Below the pieces are notes generated by a model. That model was not told the DNA's origin. It saw nothing but the letters and a program-made list of their open reading frames with translations, and did no database searches. The translations under genes and the position numbers were made by a program. From an uncultured Candidatus Saccharibacteria bacterium (GTDB lineage Bacteria > Patescibacteriota > Doudnabacteria > UBA920 > O2-02-FULL-48-8): DNA of 64,000 nucleotides. Numbering within the stretch: position 1 is the first letter of the stretch; each line of letters starts with the position of its first letter. Location: the NCBI GenBank assembly GCA_964605735.1, contig CAZSDS010000001.1, positions 340,813 to 404,812 on the forward strand, given 5' to 3'. Of this stretch, positions 46,896 to 57,479 are shown one piece after another.

Positions 46896-48118
46896 TGGAT
46901 AGGAAACTTTTTGGTAAATACCTTAACTTCTTCCCGAACAGTTGGTGCCAGCGCCGGGTCCGTGATCACAGCCGTGATCCAGGAAGCAATTTTGCTCATT
47001 TCTTTTTCTTTCATGCCGCGGGTTGTTACCGCCGCAGTTCCGATCCTGATACCGGACGGATCCTGAGGGGTTTGCTTGTCAAACGGAATCATATTTTTGT
47101 TGACCACAATTCCAGACTGCTCCAAAATCTGCTGAGCCGCCTTGCCGCCAATGCCCTTGTTTGTCAGGTCCACTAAAATCAGATGGTTATCAGTGCCGTC
47201 AGAAACCAACCGGAACCCAAAATCCTGCAAAGCATAAGCCAATGCCTTAGAGTTTCTGACGATTTGCTCAGCATACCGTTTAAAACCGGCAGTTGCCGCC
47301 TCTTTCATGGCAACGGCAATGGCCGCGATAGTATGCTCGTGCGGGCCACCCTGCACCCCAGGAAAAACCGCCTTATCAATTTGCGAACCATATTTATCCT
47401 TGCACATGATGATGGCGCCCCGCGGCCCCCGTAGGGTTTTATGGGTTGTGGTGGTGACCACGTCAAAATCAGGAATTGGGCTTTCATGCACCCCGCCAAC
47501 AATCAATCCGGCAATATGCGAAACGTCAGCCATGGCAATTGCCTTAACTTTATCTGCGATTTCCCGGAACTTTCTAAAATCAATTTCCCGCGGGTACGCA
47601 GTATATCCGGTTAGGATCAGTTTTGGCTTGACCTTGTCAGCCATTTTCAAAATTTCCGTGTAATCAAGTCTACCCGTCTTTCTGGAGATCTCGTAATGAA
47701 TAAAATTGTAGATTTTTCCGGAAAAATTCACAGGCGAGCCGTGAGTTAAGTGCCCGCCATGCGCCAGATCAAGCGCCATAATCCTGTCTTTTGGCTCCAA
47801 CAATGCCGCGAACACCGCCATGTTCGCCGGACTGCCTGAGTGCGGCTGAACATTTACGTGCCAGTCCAAAGGCAGTTCAAAAACTTTGCGCACTCGCTCT
47901 ATCGCCAACTCTTCCACCTGATCAATAATTTCATTGCCTGCATAATATCTGCGGCGCGGAAAGCCTTCTGAATACTTGTTGGTAAGCACGGATCCCAAAG
48001 CCTCGCGCACGCTTTTCGACACATAATTCTCTGATGCAATCAATTCCAAAACCTCGGATTGCCTTTTGCGCTCCGAGTTGATCAAACTATTTAATTGCGG
48101 ATCAGAGGTTTTTAACAT
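46892..48118 (-). CDS. glyA: serine hydroxymethyltransferase
   Basis: LIASEN, HGGHLTHG and TTTHKTLRGPR motifs. Confidence 0.98.
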   Translation of the reverse strand: MLKTSDPQLNSLINSERKRQSEVLELIASENYVSKSVREALGSVLTNKYSEGFPRRRYYAGNEIIDQVEELAIERVRKVFELPLDWHVNVQPHSGSPANMAVFAALLEPKDRIMALDLAHGGHLTHGSPVNFSGKIYNFIHYEISRKTGRLDYTEILKMADKVKPKLILTGYTAYPREIDFRKFREIADKVKAIAMADVSHIAGLIVGGVHESPIPDFDVVTTTTHKTLRGPRGAIIMCKDKYGSQIDKAVFPGVQGGPHEHTIAAIAVAMKEAATAGFKRYAEQIVRNSKALAYALQDFGFRLVSDGTDNHLILVDLTNKGIGGKAAQQILEQSGIVVNKNMIPFDKQTPQDPSGIRIGTAAVTTRGMKEKEMSKIASWITAVITDPALAPTVREEVKVFTKKFPIQ

Positions 48119-49275
48119 TATCGCAAGTTAGTGAAAAGCAAACTAAACAGTCCAGCCAGAACGAATATTGGAACGAAGCTTACGGTAAACTGCAAAACAA
48201 CCAAAATCAGCAACATGGCCATAAGCTTGCCAATAACCAGGTTCTGCTCAAAGAATACCACATAAGGCATGATATGGGTTTCCACTGCCTTATCGTAAGA
48301 GTAAGCGGTAATCGGCACAATTAAGGAATGCTTGCTGATAGTTCCCAGCGTATTGGTAGCGATCACTCCCCGAAGGTTCGCAAAGAACGGCCTGATTACC
48401 CAGAAAACAGCATTAAACACGCCAAATGTCCGGGTTAAAACCGCTTTACTGCGCTTATCTGACAAGACCCCCACATAAAGCATTACAACCGTGGCAACCA
48501 GGGTTGAAATCGATATTATTGTACCAAATTGGAAGAAATCCGGTACGGTCATGAAAATAAAGATCGGCCAGATGACCAGCTGGACAAATTCCTCCCCAAA
48601 CCCCCAATACGCCACCATGCTTTTTGGGTATTGGGCAAACATCTTCCAAGTGTCGGAATATTTATATTCCTTGGGCTCGAATTTTTCAACGGTCGTGAAC
48701 AGCGGGACATTCGAGAACAGCATCAGGATGGTGACAATGACAAACAGCGTCGCAAATCCGAATTCGTTCAAAATATAACCGCCCAAAAACGGACCAACAA
48801 TGAAAATGATTGAGTTCAACGCATATAAGCCGCTGCTTTCCCGTCCGCGTTGTTCTGCGTTCGAGAATCTGGACATGTCCGCATGGAATGCCGGCCAGTA
48901 CAAGGTCTTCTGGATTGCCAAAGCCAAAGGCGCAAGATAAATCAGGTCAGGCACTTCCCTGCTGGCAAACAGCAACCCCCAGTACATGACCATGAATATG
49001 GTGCTGTAAAGAATAGAATGCTCGTACCCGCGCCACGTTGCAATTTTCCCGCCAATCGGCATCAGGAAAAGATAAATCACATACACCGCAACGAAGAACA
49101 AAACAACCTGCTGAATGGTAAAACCCAGCACCGAATACAAAAAAATCGGCTCGAACAACATTACGGCTGTGGTGGCCAGATCTGAAAAGGCTTTCGCCCA
49201 ATACATTTCCTTTATTTCCCGGCTAAGCTGATGGGATAAATAACCTGGATGTATGTATCTGCTGATTTGAAACAT
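48118..49275 (-). CDS. MFS transporter
   Basis: About 12 TM; GGKIATWRG, IVGPFLGG and GVLSDK motifs. Confidence 0.85.
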   Translation of the reverse strand: MFQISRYIHPGYLSHQLSREIKEMYWAKAFSDLATTAVMLFEPIFLYSVLGFTIQQVVLFFVAVYVIYLFLMPIGGKIATWRGYEHSILYSTIFMVMYWGLLFASREVPDLIYLAPLALAIQKTLYWPAFHADMSRFSNAEQRGRESSGLYALNSIIFIVGPFLGGYILNEFGFATLFVIVTILMLFSNVPLFTTVEKFEPKEYKYSDTWKMFAQYPKSMVAYWGFGEEFVQLVIWPIFIFMTVPDFFQFGTIISISTLVATVVMLYVGVLSDKRSKAVLTRTFGVFNAVFWVIRPFFANLRGVIATNTLGTISKHSLIVPITAYSYDKAVETHIMPYVVFFEQNLVIGKLMAMLLILVVLQFTVSFVPIFVLAGLFSLLFTNLR

Positions 49276-49294
49276 TTGTTTTATTTGTCCTTCT

Positions 49295-49909
49295 CTACAA
49301 CTTTTTTATTGCTTTTTGTATCCTGGAAAATTTGACAACTCCTTCTCTTATAAGTGTAACATTTTGTCCGTCAATCTGCAGTAAGGTGGAAATTGAATTT
49401 TTCTTAAGCCTGCCGCCATCAAGATAATAGTCCGGCACTGCTTTCTTCCCATGATACTGTGTTTTTACTTCATTCAGCGTATAAGCCGTTGGTTGGCCGC
49501 TGAGGTTGGCTGATGTTGTAGTTATTGGTTTGCCAAACTTTTTGACCAACTGCTGGGTGATGACACTGGCAGGGTTTCTGATGCCAATAGTCCCCGTGCG
49601 TCCGGAAAGCATGACCCAGTTTTTTGCTTTTGACCTGAGAGGAAGAACAAACGAAACTGCTCCGGGCCAAAATGTCTTCATTAATTTTTTTGCATACGGA
49701 CTGATTCTCAGGACTTTTTGCGCTTTTTCAATGGAAGGAAAAATTACTTGGATTGGTTTTTTAAAACTTCTGCCTTTCAACGCGTATAGTTTTTTAATTG
49801 CGGCCAAGTTGGTTGCGTCCACTGCAAATCCGTACGCTGTGTCAGTTGGATAAACAACCAATCCCCCTTGTTTGAGAATTTTCACCGCTTCCTGGATATC
49901 CTTATGCAT
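49295..49909 (-). CDS. tsaC: L-threonylcarbamoyladenylate synthase (TsaC/Sua5)
   Basis: YPTDTAYG, KGR, WPG and TSANLSG motifs. Confidence 0.93.
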   Translation of the reverse strand: MHKDIQEAVKILKQGGLVVYPTDTAYGFAVDATNLAAIKKLYALKGRSFKKPIQVIFPSIEKAQKVLRISPYAKKLMKTFWPGAVSFVLPLRSKAKNWVMLSGRTGTIGIRNPASVITQQLVKKFGKPITTTSANLSGQPTAYTLNEVKTQYHGKKAVPDYYLDGGRLKKNSISTLLQIDGQNVTLIREGVVKFSRIQKAIKKL

Positions 49910-50603
49910 GCTGGGCCAATGCCTCCTCTGCCCGCTTAATGTCCTCCGGATAGCCTATTGGCAGCCAGAATCCGGCTTCAACTGTTTTAACCTTGTATTT
50001 GTCAACCATCTGGAACATGGTTTGCGGCAACCCATACTCCCCGTTTTTCAGCTGAACCAAATCATAACCAAAAAATTCCTGATTCAGTTTATACGCGCCC
50101 ATCAGAACAAAGAACGGCGCAGTAAAATCTTCTGAGACAGAAGGAAGAAGTGAAACAAAGTTTCCGTCTGTGTCAGTAATAATTTTCCCAAAGCGCCGGA
50201 AATTTTGCGGAAAATCCTTTTCCCTGCTCACATCCTTAACAAGAAAAGCCGGCGCATTGCTCTTAGCCAATTTCTCCAAATCCTCTTTCTTGTACAAGTC
50301 ATCCCCGTTGACCACCAAAAAATCGCCTTTGATCACATCCTTGCACACTGAAACAGCCCAACCAGAACCTTTCAGCTCGCTCTCCACAAAAGTAATTTTT
50401 TTGCTGGAATTTTTCAGCGCTTCTTTGATTTGCTCGCCAAAATGCCCGATTACAACAACCACTTCCTGAACCTCATCAGGAAGCTGGCTGATTGTCCTTT
50501 CCAAAATTGATCGCCCGGAAACTTTCAGAAGCGGCTTGGGTGTATTTTCGGTCAACGGAAGCATTCTTACTCCGCGGCCTGCCGCCAAGATGATTGCCTG
50601 CAT
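49902..50603 (-). CDS. sugar-phosphate nucleotidyltransferase family protein
   Basis: ILAAGRGVRM.PLT...PKPLL and NGDD motifs. Confidence 0.88.
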   Translation of the reverse strand: MQAIILAAGRGVRMLPLTENTPKPLLKVSGRSILERTISQLPDEVQEVVVVIGHFGEQIKEALKNSSKKITFVESELKGSGWAVSVCKDVIKGDFLVVNGDDLYKKEDLEKLAKSNAPAFLVKDVSREKDFPQNFRRFGKIITDTDGNFVSLLPSVSEDFTAPFFVLMGAYKLNQEFFGYDLVQLKNGEYGLPQTMFQMVDKYKVKTVEAGFWLPIGYPEDIKRAEEALAQHA

Positions 50604-50615
50604 TATGCTCTTGCC

Positions 50616-52997
50616 TTACTCCTTTATTACAAAATTCATTAATCTGTCCGGAACAAAAATTTCTTTCACGATTTCTTTTCCGCCTATGGCCGAAGCAACC
50701 CCCTGGTCTGCCAAAGCTTTGGCTTTGACTTCCTCCTGGGCAGTGCCGGCTTTGACGGTTACGGTTGCGCGCAATTTGCCCATGACTTGAATCGCGACCA
50801 CCACCTCTGTTTCTGCGATTTGTGACTCATCGTACTTTGGCCAGAACTCCCTGTGGATGCTGGTGTAGTGTCCCAAACCGTTCCATATCTCCTCCGTCAA
50901 ATGCGGAGCAAACGGCGCCATCAATTTCAATAAGGTTTCGAAATCACTCTTGTTCAAGCGAGGGTTATTGTTCAAAAATTCCATGAACGCCGCCACGGCA
51001 GTGTTGTACTTGAAGGCGTTCAAATCATCCGTGATTTTTTTGATCAGTTTATGGATGGCTGGTTTTGGTGATTCATCATCCGTGGGCTTCATCACGCTGA
51101 TCTTATCCAAGAAACGCCGCACGCCGATAACCCCTTTTTCGTTCCAGGAAACAGTTTCGCTGTGCGGACCCAAAAACATTTCGTACATGCGCACCGTGTC
51201 CGCCCCGTATGATTCGACAAAATCATCCGGGTTGACCACGTTGCCGCGGCTCTTGCTCATTTTTTCGCCGTCAGCGGCCAAAACCATTCCGTGCGGAATT
51301 CGGCGCAGGTAGGGCTCTTTATACGGGATAACACCCTGGTCATACAAGAACAAGTTCCAGAACCTGGAGTACAGCAAATGCAAGGTTGTGTGTTCCATGC
51401 CGCCGAAATAAACATCAACTGGCTGCCAGTATTTCAACTTTTCCTGGGAAGCCAGCTCTGAATTATTATGCGGATCCGAGTACCTTAAATAGTACCAGGA
51501 GCTTCCCGCCCATTGCGGCATAGTGTTAGTTTCGCGTTTAGCCGGGCCTTGGCATTGCGGACATGTGGTGTTGACCCAGGATTCAACAGAAGCCAGAGGC
51601 GATTCGCCCGTGCCTGTTGGCTCGTATTTTTCAATGTCAGGCAGCTTAACGGGCAATTGCTCTTCCGGCACAGCCACCACGCCGCACTTTTCGCAGTGGA
51701 CCAAAGGAATCGGCTCACCCCAGTAGCGCTGGCGGGAAAACACCCAGTCTCGCAATTTAAACTGAATCTTAGGCTGGCCAAAATCCGCGGTCATGTGCTT
51801 GCGCGCTTCCTGCGTGGACATGAAATTATACTCGCCGGAATTTATCAGTGTACCTTCTCCGGTCCACAATTCATTATTTTCTTCTGAATTTTTTGCCGGG
51901 CCTCCTGAAACAGCCGGAGCAACAACTTTCCTGATCTTCAGATTATATTTCTTGGCGAATGCATAGTCGCGCTCATCATGCGCCGGCACAGCCATAACCG
52001 CTCCTGTACCATAACCGGACAAAACATAATCAGCCACCCAAACCGGAATTTCTTCTTCCGTGGCAGGATTGATCACATACGCGCCGGTAAAGACGCCTGT
52101 TTTTTCCTTATCCAAAGCAGTTCGTTCCAACTCAGTTTTTGCTGAAGCCTGTTTGGCGTAATCCTCAACTGCCTGCTTTTGCTCAGGCGTGGTGATTTTC
52201 TCCACCAACGGATGATCAGGAGCAATCACCATGTAAGTTGCCCCAAACAGCGTGTCCGGCCGAGTCGTGAAAACTTCAACATGTTCACCACCGCTTGCCA
52301 ACAAAAACTTTATCAGCGCGCCCTCAGAGCGCCCGATCCAATTTGCCTGCTGAACCTTCACTGGCTCCGGCCAGTCTAAATCCTTCAAACCGTCCAGCAA
52401 CTTCTGGGCATAGTCAGTGATTTTCAAATACCACTGGCGCATTTCCCGTTTTTCAACCTGAGTTCCGCATCTTTCGCATCTGCCGTCTATGACTTCTTCG
52501 TTGGCCAATCCGGTTTTGTCCTTTGGGCACCAGTTGATGGAACCGGTTGCCTCATAAGCCAAACCTGCTTTGAAAAATTTCAGAAAAATCCATTGGGTCC
52601 ATTTGTAATATTCCGGATAAGTGGTGTTTATTTCCCTTTTCCAATCGAAACCAATTCCCCAACTTTGGATTTGCCTCTTAGTGTTGGCGATATTCTGCGC
52701 AGTGGAGACTTTTGGGTGGATGCCGGTCTTGATGGCATAATTTTCCGCAGGCAAGCCAAAAGCGTCCCAGCCAATCGGATACATTGTTTCAAAATTCTGC
52801 ATGCGCAAAAACCGGCTATAAACGTCACCGGCAACGTACGGACGCAAATGACCCATATGCAAACCAGCCCCTGACGGATATGGAAATTCAATCAACACGA
52901 ATTTCTTCGGTTTAATCAAATCATCAGAGGTGGAATATGTGTGGTTTTCCATCCAATATTTCTGCCATTTGGCTTCAATTGATTTGTGGTCGTACAT
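50616..52997 (-). CDS. leuS: leucine-tRNA ligase
   Basis: PYPSG.GLHMGH, FTTRPDT, SRQRYWG and KMSKS motifs. Confidence 0.98.
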   Translation of the reverse strand: MYDHKSIEAKWQKYWMENHTYSTSDDLIKPKKFVLIEFPYPSGAGLHMGHLRPYVAGDVYSRFLRMQNFETMYPIGWDAFGLPAENYAIKTGIHPKVSTAQNIANTKRQIQSWGIGFDWKREINTTYPEYYKWTQWIFLKFFKAGLAYEATGSINWCPKDKTGLANEEVIDGRCERCGTQVEKREMRQWYLKITDYAQKLLDGLKDLDWPEPVKVQQANWIGRSEGALIKFLLASGGEHVEVFTTRPDTLFGATYMVIAPDHPLVEKITTPEQKQAVEDYAKQASAKTELERTALDKEKTGVFTGAYVINPATEEEIPVWVADYVLSGYGTGAVMAVPAHDERDYAFAKKYNLKIRKVVAPAVSGGPAKNSEENNELWTGEGTLINSGEYNFMSTQEARKHMTADFGQPKIQFKLRDWVFSRQRYWGEPIPLVHCEKCGVVAVPEEQLPVKLPDIEKYEPTGTGESPLASVESWVNTTCPQCQGPAKRETNTMPQWAGSSWYYLRYSDPHNNSELASQEKLKYWQPVDVYFGGMEHTTLHLLYSRFWNLFLYDQGVIPYKEPYLRRIPHGMVLAADGEKMSKSRGNVVNPDDFVESYGADTVRMYEMFLGPHSETVSWNEKGVIGVRRFLDKISVMKPTDDESPKPAIHKLIKKITDDLNAFKYNTAVAAFMEFLNNNPRLNKSDFETLLKLMAPFAPHLTEEIWNGLGHYTSIHREFWPKYDESQIAETEVVVAIQVMGKLRATVTVKAGTAQEEVKAKALADQGVASAIGGKEIVKEIFVPDRLMNFVIKE

Positions 52998-53087
52998 GGG
53001 TTTTTGGTTAAATTAGCTTAAATTATTGGTCAGGTTGCAAAAAATCGAGAATTGCTTAAAATAGTTATACAAAACAAAGGGGGTCTT

Positions 53088-53525
53088 ATGGTCGCCCGGC
53101 TTAAGTCGTCTGATCCGGTTGGAATGTTCAAGATCAAGGCACGAGACCTTTTACATCACGTGATGCTTACCCACCGCCAGTTCTGGACCAAGCTGGATCC
53201 GCTCTGTGACGCAAAAACCATCCCTATCCCCATCATCGTAGTGGGTGAAGACGAACCTTTCAAAAAAGAACTGGAGAAGACCAATCCGGCTGGCGCACCC
53301 ATTGCCTTGGCCATCCTGCAGGTGATGATGCTCAGCCCAAAATGGCAAAAAGTGGCGGAAGCCCGCGAGCAAACCAGCCAAAGCGTTAATTTCGCAGTGG
53401 CGATCAAGAACATCCCGCGGCCAATTTATGCCAGGCCTAAGCCTGGTGAGAAAAAAACCTACACGTTCACGCCCGAAGATGAACGATTCTTGCGTGAGAT
53501 TTCACAAGGCCAACAAGTCAGATAA
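53088..53525 (+). CDS. orphan protein (self-contained cassette)
   Basis: TTGCAA(53035)-16-TAAAAT, AAAGGGGGT SD, ATG 53088; hairpin plus T-run at the stop. Confidence 0.72.
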   Translation: MVARLKSSDPVGMFKIKARDLLHHVMLTHRQFWTKLDPLCDAKTIPIPIIVVGEDEPFKKELEKTNPAGAPIALAILQVMMLSPKWQKVAEAREQTSQSVNFAVAIKNIPRPIYARPKPGEKKTYTFTPEDERFLREISQGQQVR

Positions 53526-53541
53526 TTTTGTCTGGCTTTTT

Positions 53542-54348
53542 TTATTTAACCCCGTAAGCAACCAGTGCATTTTCAAAGGTCAATTTGGCCATTTCGTGCG
53601 GGTCCACTCCCCGGTGCTGGGCCATCGCATCAACAATATACTTTACGTAGACAGGTTCATTTCTCTTGCCTCTGTAAGGCGGTGGAGCCAGGTACGGCGC
53701 GTCAGTCTCTGAAAGTATTCTATCAGACGGAAGATTTCTGCACACTTCCCTGAGCTTGCCAGTTTTATCAAACATCAATATCCCATTAAGCGCTACATGA
53801 AACCCCAGGTCAAGGAATTTTTTTGCGGTTTCCCAATCGCCGGTATATGAGTGGATGATGCCGCGGCTTTGGTACTCGGTCCTGAGGATTTCAAGGCAGT
53901 CCTGGTACGCGTCCCGGCAATGGATGACAACCGGCAAGCTGTGTTTTTTGGCAAAGCGCAGTTGTGCTACAAACGCCTGTTTCTGCAATTCTTTTGCTTT
54001 TGCATCATCAGCGGGAACTCGGAAATAATCAAGTCCGATTTCCCCCACTGCCACCACTTTCTCATTCAGAAGGGCTTCATACCGGCTTTCGTCAAAACCC
54101 TGCATTTCGTTAACCTTTCCTTCATCCGGATCATCCACCACCTGCCAGGTGTGGCTTGGGTGCAAGCCGACTGTGGCGTAAACGCCTTCCTTGTATCTGA
54201 GGGCCAGTTCCGCCGCGCTTTGGGAAGTAGCCAGCGACGTCCCGACGTTCGTCATCCAAACCCCGCTGTCCAGCGCCCGTTTCACCACCTCCCCGCTTTC
54301 TTCACCGTATGCGGCAAAATTTGTATGTGCGTGTGTGTCAAAGTACAT
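53542..54348 (-). CDS. tatD: TatD-family deoxyribonuclease
   Basis: DTHAH, GLHP, GEIGLDY, IHCR and ETDAPYL motifs. Confidence 0.95.
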   Translation of the reverse strand: MYFDTHAHTNFAAYGEESGEVVKRALDSGVWMTNVGTSLATSQSAAELALRYKEGVYATVGLHPSHTWQVVDDPDEGKVNEMQGFDESRYEALLNEKVVAVGEIGLDYFRVPADDAKAKELQKQAFVAQLRFAKKHSLPVVIHCRDAYQDCLEILRTEYQSRGIIHSYTGDWETAKKFLDLGFHVALNGILMFDKTGKLREVCRNLPSDRILSETDAPYLAPPPYRGKRNEPVYVKYIVDAMAQHRGVDPHEMAKLTFENALVAYGVK

Positions 54349-54380
54349 TTTTTGTCTAAGGCTAAATCAATTATTCAAGG

Positions 54381-55841
54381 CTAATCAATTTTTGCGAACA
54401 ACGGTTCAGCTTTCACGATCTTTTCCGCTTCCAGCGCGCTCCTGATTTTGTTGGCAGTATCCGGCATAACAGGCGCGAGCTTGGCGGAAATGTCATAAAG
54501 GAGCGCACAAAGATTGACAAGCAATTCTTTTACTTTATCAGGATCTGTCTTGTAAAGCTCCCACGGCTTGCTCTTGTCTATCAACTGGTTAGCCCAGGCA
54601 ATTTCTTCCCAAATCTTTACCAAGCCTTCAGAAAAATTGGCTTTGGCGATGGCCTCAGACGCCGGGGACAAATCGCGGGGCGATTCAGGGTACTCACCAA
54701 CGTCGCCATCCAGATACTTTTCAACCATATTGGTGGTGCGGGAGAAAAGGTTACCCAAGCCGTTGGCCAGATCGCCGTTGTATCTGGCTTTAAGCTTTTC
54801 CTCGCTGACGTCGCCGTCATGACCAAAAGGAACTTCGCGCAGCAGGAAATAACGGACAGCATCCGTTCCGTATTTATCCGCCCACTCAACCGGATCTATG
54901 ACATTGCCCAAACTCTTTGACATCTTTTGTCCGGCAATCGTAAAGAAGCCATGCACAAAAATGGTTTTTTGTAACGGGATTCCCAAAGACAAAAGCATTG
55001 CCGGCCAGATGGTGGCATGCACGCGCAAAATGTCTTTGCTCATAAGTTGGATGTCTGCCGGCCAATACTTTGGAAGTTCATCATCCGGACCTGCCCAACC
55101 TAGTCCGGTCAGATAGTTCAGGAACGCGTCTGCCCAGACATAAGTGGTGTGGGATTTGTCCCAGGGCAATGGGATTCCCCATTTTACGTTCTTTCTGGAA
55201 AATGAAACGTCTTCCAATCCTTCTTTTTTATAAAAGCTGACGATTTCATTCTTTCTTTCAATCGGCAAAATCTGCAGTTCGTCACTTTCAATTTTCTTAA
55301 GCAATTCATCCTGGTACTTGGACAAACGGAAAGCATAGGTTTCTTCCGAAAGCCACTCAGGCTCAACTTTATGGTCAGGGCACTTGCCGTCCACTAAATC
55401 CTTTTCCTTCTTAAACTGCTCACAGCCGCGGCAATACCAGCCTTCATACGCGCTTAAATAAATATCGCCGTTGTCATACATCTTCTGCAAAGCGGCGGAG
55501 ACAGCTTTTATGTGTTCCGGGTTTGTCGTCCGTATAAACTTATCATTGCTGACATCCAACTTCTCCCAAGCCTTTACGAATTTTTCAGAAATTTCATCCA
55601 CAAATTCTTTGGGCTGTTTGCCGTTTTTTTCCGCGGCCTGTTCAATCTTTACGCCGTGCTCATCCGTTCCCACCAGAAAAAAAGTATCATTTCCGATTTG
55701 TCTGTTAAGGCGCGCCAAAACATCCGCGGCAATTGTCGTGTACGCGTGGCCGATGTGCGGCTTGTCGTTCACATAATAAATTGGCGTGGTTACGTAAAAT
55801 TTCTTCTTTTCTTGTTCTGTCTTTTCTGCTTTGTCTGCCAT
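54381..55841 (-). CDS. metG: methionine-tRNA ligase (short form, no C-terminal Trbp domain)
   Basis: YYVN..PHIGH, GTDEHG, YVWADA and KMSKS motifs. Confidence 0.97.
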   Translation of the reverse strand: MADKAEKTEQEKKKFYVTTPIYYVNDKPHIGHAYTTIAADVLARLNRQIGNDTFFLVGTDEHGVKIEQAAEKNGKQPKEFVDEISEKFVKAWEKLDVSNDKFIRTTNPEHIKAVSAALQKMYDNGDIYLSAYEGWYCRGCEQFKKEKDLVDGKCPDHKVEPEWLSEETYAFRLSKYQDELLKKIESDELQILPIERKNEIVSFYKKEGLEDVSFSRKNVKWGIPLPWDKSHTTYVWADAFLNYLTGLGWAGPDDELPKYWPADIQLMSKDILRVHATIWPAMLLSLGIPLQKTIFVHGFFTIAGQKMSKSLGNVIDPVEWADKYGTDAVRYFLLREVPFGHDGDVSEEKLKARYNGDLANGLGNLFSRTTNMVEKYLDGDVGEYPESPRDLSPASEAIAKANFSEGLVKIWEEIAWANQLIDKSKPWELYKTDPDKVKELLVNLCALLYDISAKLAPVMPDTANKIRSALEAEKIVKAEPLFAKID

Positions 55842-55996
55842 AAAAATCCTTGCGAAAATGATAAAAAAAGGCCGCTTAGGCCTCTTCATTATACCACAAC
55901 TGCATAAAATTTGCATTACAAAAATCTGGTATTTGCTCGCGTCTAAAAGTCCTTGTATACTGGATGCATACGCGGCGCATCCTGTGGAGGTCAGTC

Positions 55997-56329
55997 ATGC
56001 AAAACACCCGAACTGAAACGGCAACCCTTCCGGTCAGAGATGAAGCAGAGTTCAGTCCGTTTCAGACGGTTAAGCGGCCACTCTCCGCGCAAGTGGACGA
56101 GACAAATTTCATAAAAACGATGGAGGAATTATTCGGGCCCCATCACCCTATCGCATTCCTGGGGTGTGAAAGAACAGCTGAGTTCTATATTGTCCAATAC
56201 GCCGTATTGCTGGATCCTGGCGAGGATCCTTACAAGCGGCTGGTGCATACGGACATCAACTGGCAAATTCTGACCCATTTCTGGGTTCTGGATAAAAAAG
56301 TCAGGCGCTGCTTCCCGGATGTGCGCTAA
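55997..56329 (+). CDS. orphan protein (self-contained cassette)
   Basis: TTGCTC(55933)-17-TATACT, leader hairpin ggatgc/gcatcc, GGAGGT SD; terminator at about 56336-56372. Confidence 0.72.
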   Translation: MQNTRTETATLPVRDEAEFSPFQTVKRPLSAQVDETNFIKTMEELFGPHHPIAFLGCERTAEFYIVQYAVLLDPGEDPYKRLVHTDINWQILTHFWVLDKKVRRCFPDVR

Positions 56330-56385
56330 TGAAACAAAAAAGACCCTCCAAAAAATCGGGGGGTCGTTTTTATTTGTTGTTGTAA

Positions 56386-57426
56386 TTAAGCTTCCAATTT
56401 CTCTTCCATTTCGTGGATGCTCTCGCTGTTCATGACATCGGTTATAAACACCTGCACGCCGCTGATTACAGGAACAGCAATGATCGCCCCAACCAATCCG
56501 CCTAACGAGCCCCCTATCAGGATTCCCAAAATAACCAGGATTGGGTTGAGGCCAACGCTCTTACTCATGATCATTGGCACAAGCAAATGGTTTTCCAATT
56601 GCTGGACAATTATGTAAAGAATCACGACGGCCAAGGCCAGTGGCGGATTCTGGATAAAGGCGAAGAAGGCAGCAGGAATTACCGAGATTATCGGACCTAT
56701 GTATGGAATGATTTCCAGCAATCCGGCAATCAGAGCCAAAACCAGAGCATACTCAACGCCCAGAATCAGCAGGCCAATATAAGTCAGCGTGAAAATCGAA
56801 ACAGATAAAATCAACTGCCCCAAAACCCAAGCACCCATTTTGCGCTGGATTTTTGTCACAAGCTTGTTGGCATAACCCTGGTTTTTATACGGCACCAGGT
56901 GTTTGATGAAATTTTTTGTGCCATTTTCTTCAGCGCTCAGATAGAACGAGACAACCAAAACCGTGATCACTGAGACAAAGCCTGTGATAATGCCGCGGGT
57001 GGTGTTGAAAATTCCTTGTGAAATTGATCCGGCGAATTCCTGAAAATTCTGGGTTACCGTCTCATCAATTCCAAATTGTGCCAGGTTTTCACGGAAACCG
57101 CCCACCCTGGACAAGAAGCTTTCATAAAAGTTGCTCTGTGAGAGCTGGGTAAACTGTTGGATAATCGGCGGGACAAGCAAGGCAATAACCATGGCAAAAA
57201 TGCCCAAGAATATGGTGTAAACAATCAAAACGCTCAAGCCACGCGGCACGCGTCTCTTCCCCAGGTAGTCTGCCAGAGGGTCGATGGCGGAAGAAATGAT
57301 CACCGAAATCAAAAACAACAGCAGAATATCGCGCACGGCAAACAAAAACCACAGCAAAAGAATAATAACCAGCACTTTCAGAATTGTGATGGATGAAATA
57401 TTTACCGTTGTATGATTGCTATTCAT
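56386..57426 (-). CDS. AI-2E family transporter
   Basis: IPYIGP, QQLENHLLVP and GAIIAVP motifs. Confidence 0.92.
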   Translation of the reverse strand: MNSNHTTVNISSITILKVLVIILLLWFLFAVRDILLLFLISVIISSAIDPLADYLGKRRVPRGLSVLIVYTIFLGIFAMVIALLVPPIIQQFTQLSQSNFYESFLSRVGGFRENLAQFGIDETVTQNFQEFAGSISQGIFNTTRGIITGFVSVITVLVVSFYLSAEENGTKNFIKHLVPYKNQGYANKLVTKIQRKMGAWVLGQLILSVSIFTLTYIGLLILGVEYALVLALIAGLLEIIPYIGPIISVIPAAFFAFIQNPPLALAVVILYIIVQQLENHLLVPMIMSKSVGLNPILVILGILIGGSLGGLVGAIIAVPVISGVQVFITDVMNSESIHEMEEKLEA

Positions 57427-57479
57427 GGATTGATTATACCTAAATTGCTTAAACGTTGGCAATTGGATTGCCGGAACAG

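Noticed and set aside
55861-55893. Terminator-like hairpin in the metG leader as an attenuator
   Set aside because: The adjacent TATAAT places the TSS inside the 5' arm, so the full hairpin is probably not transcribed from that promoter. There is no T-box motif.
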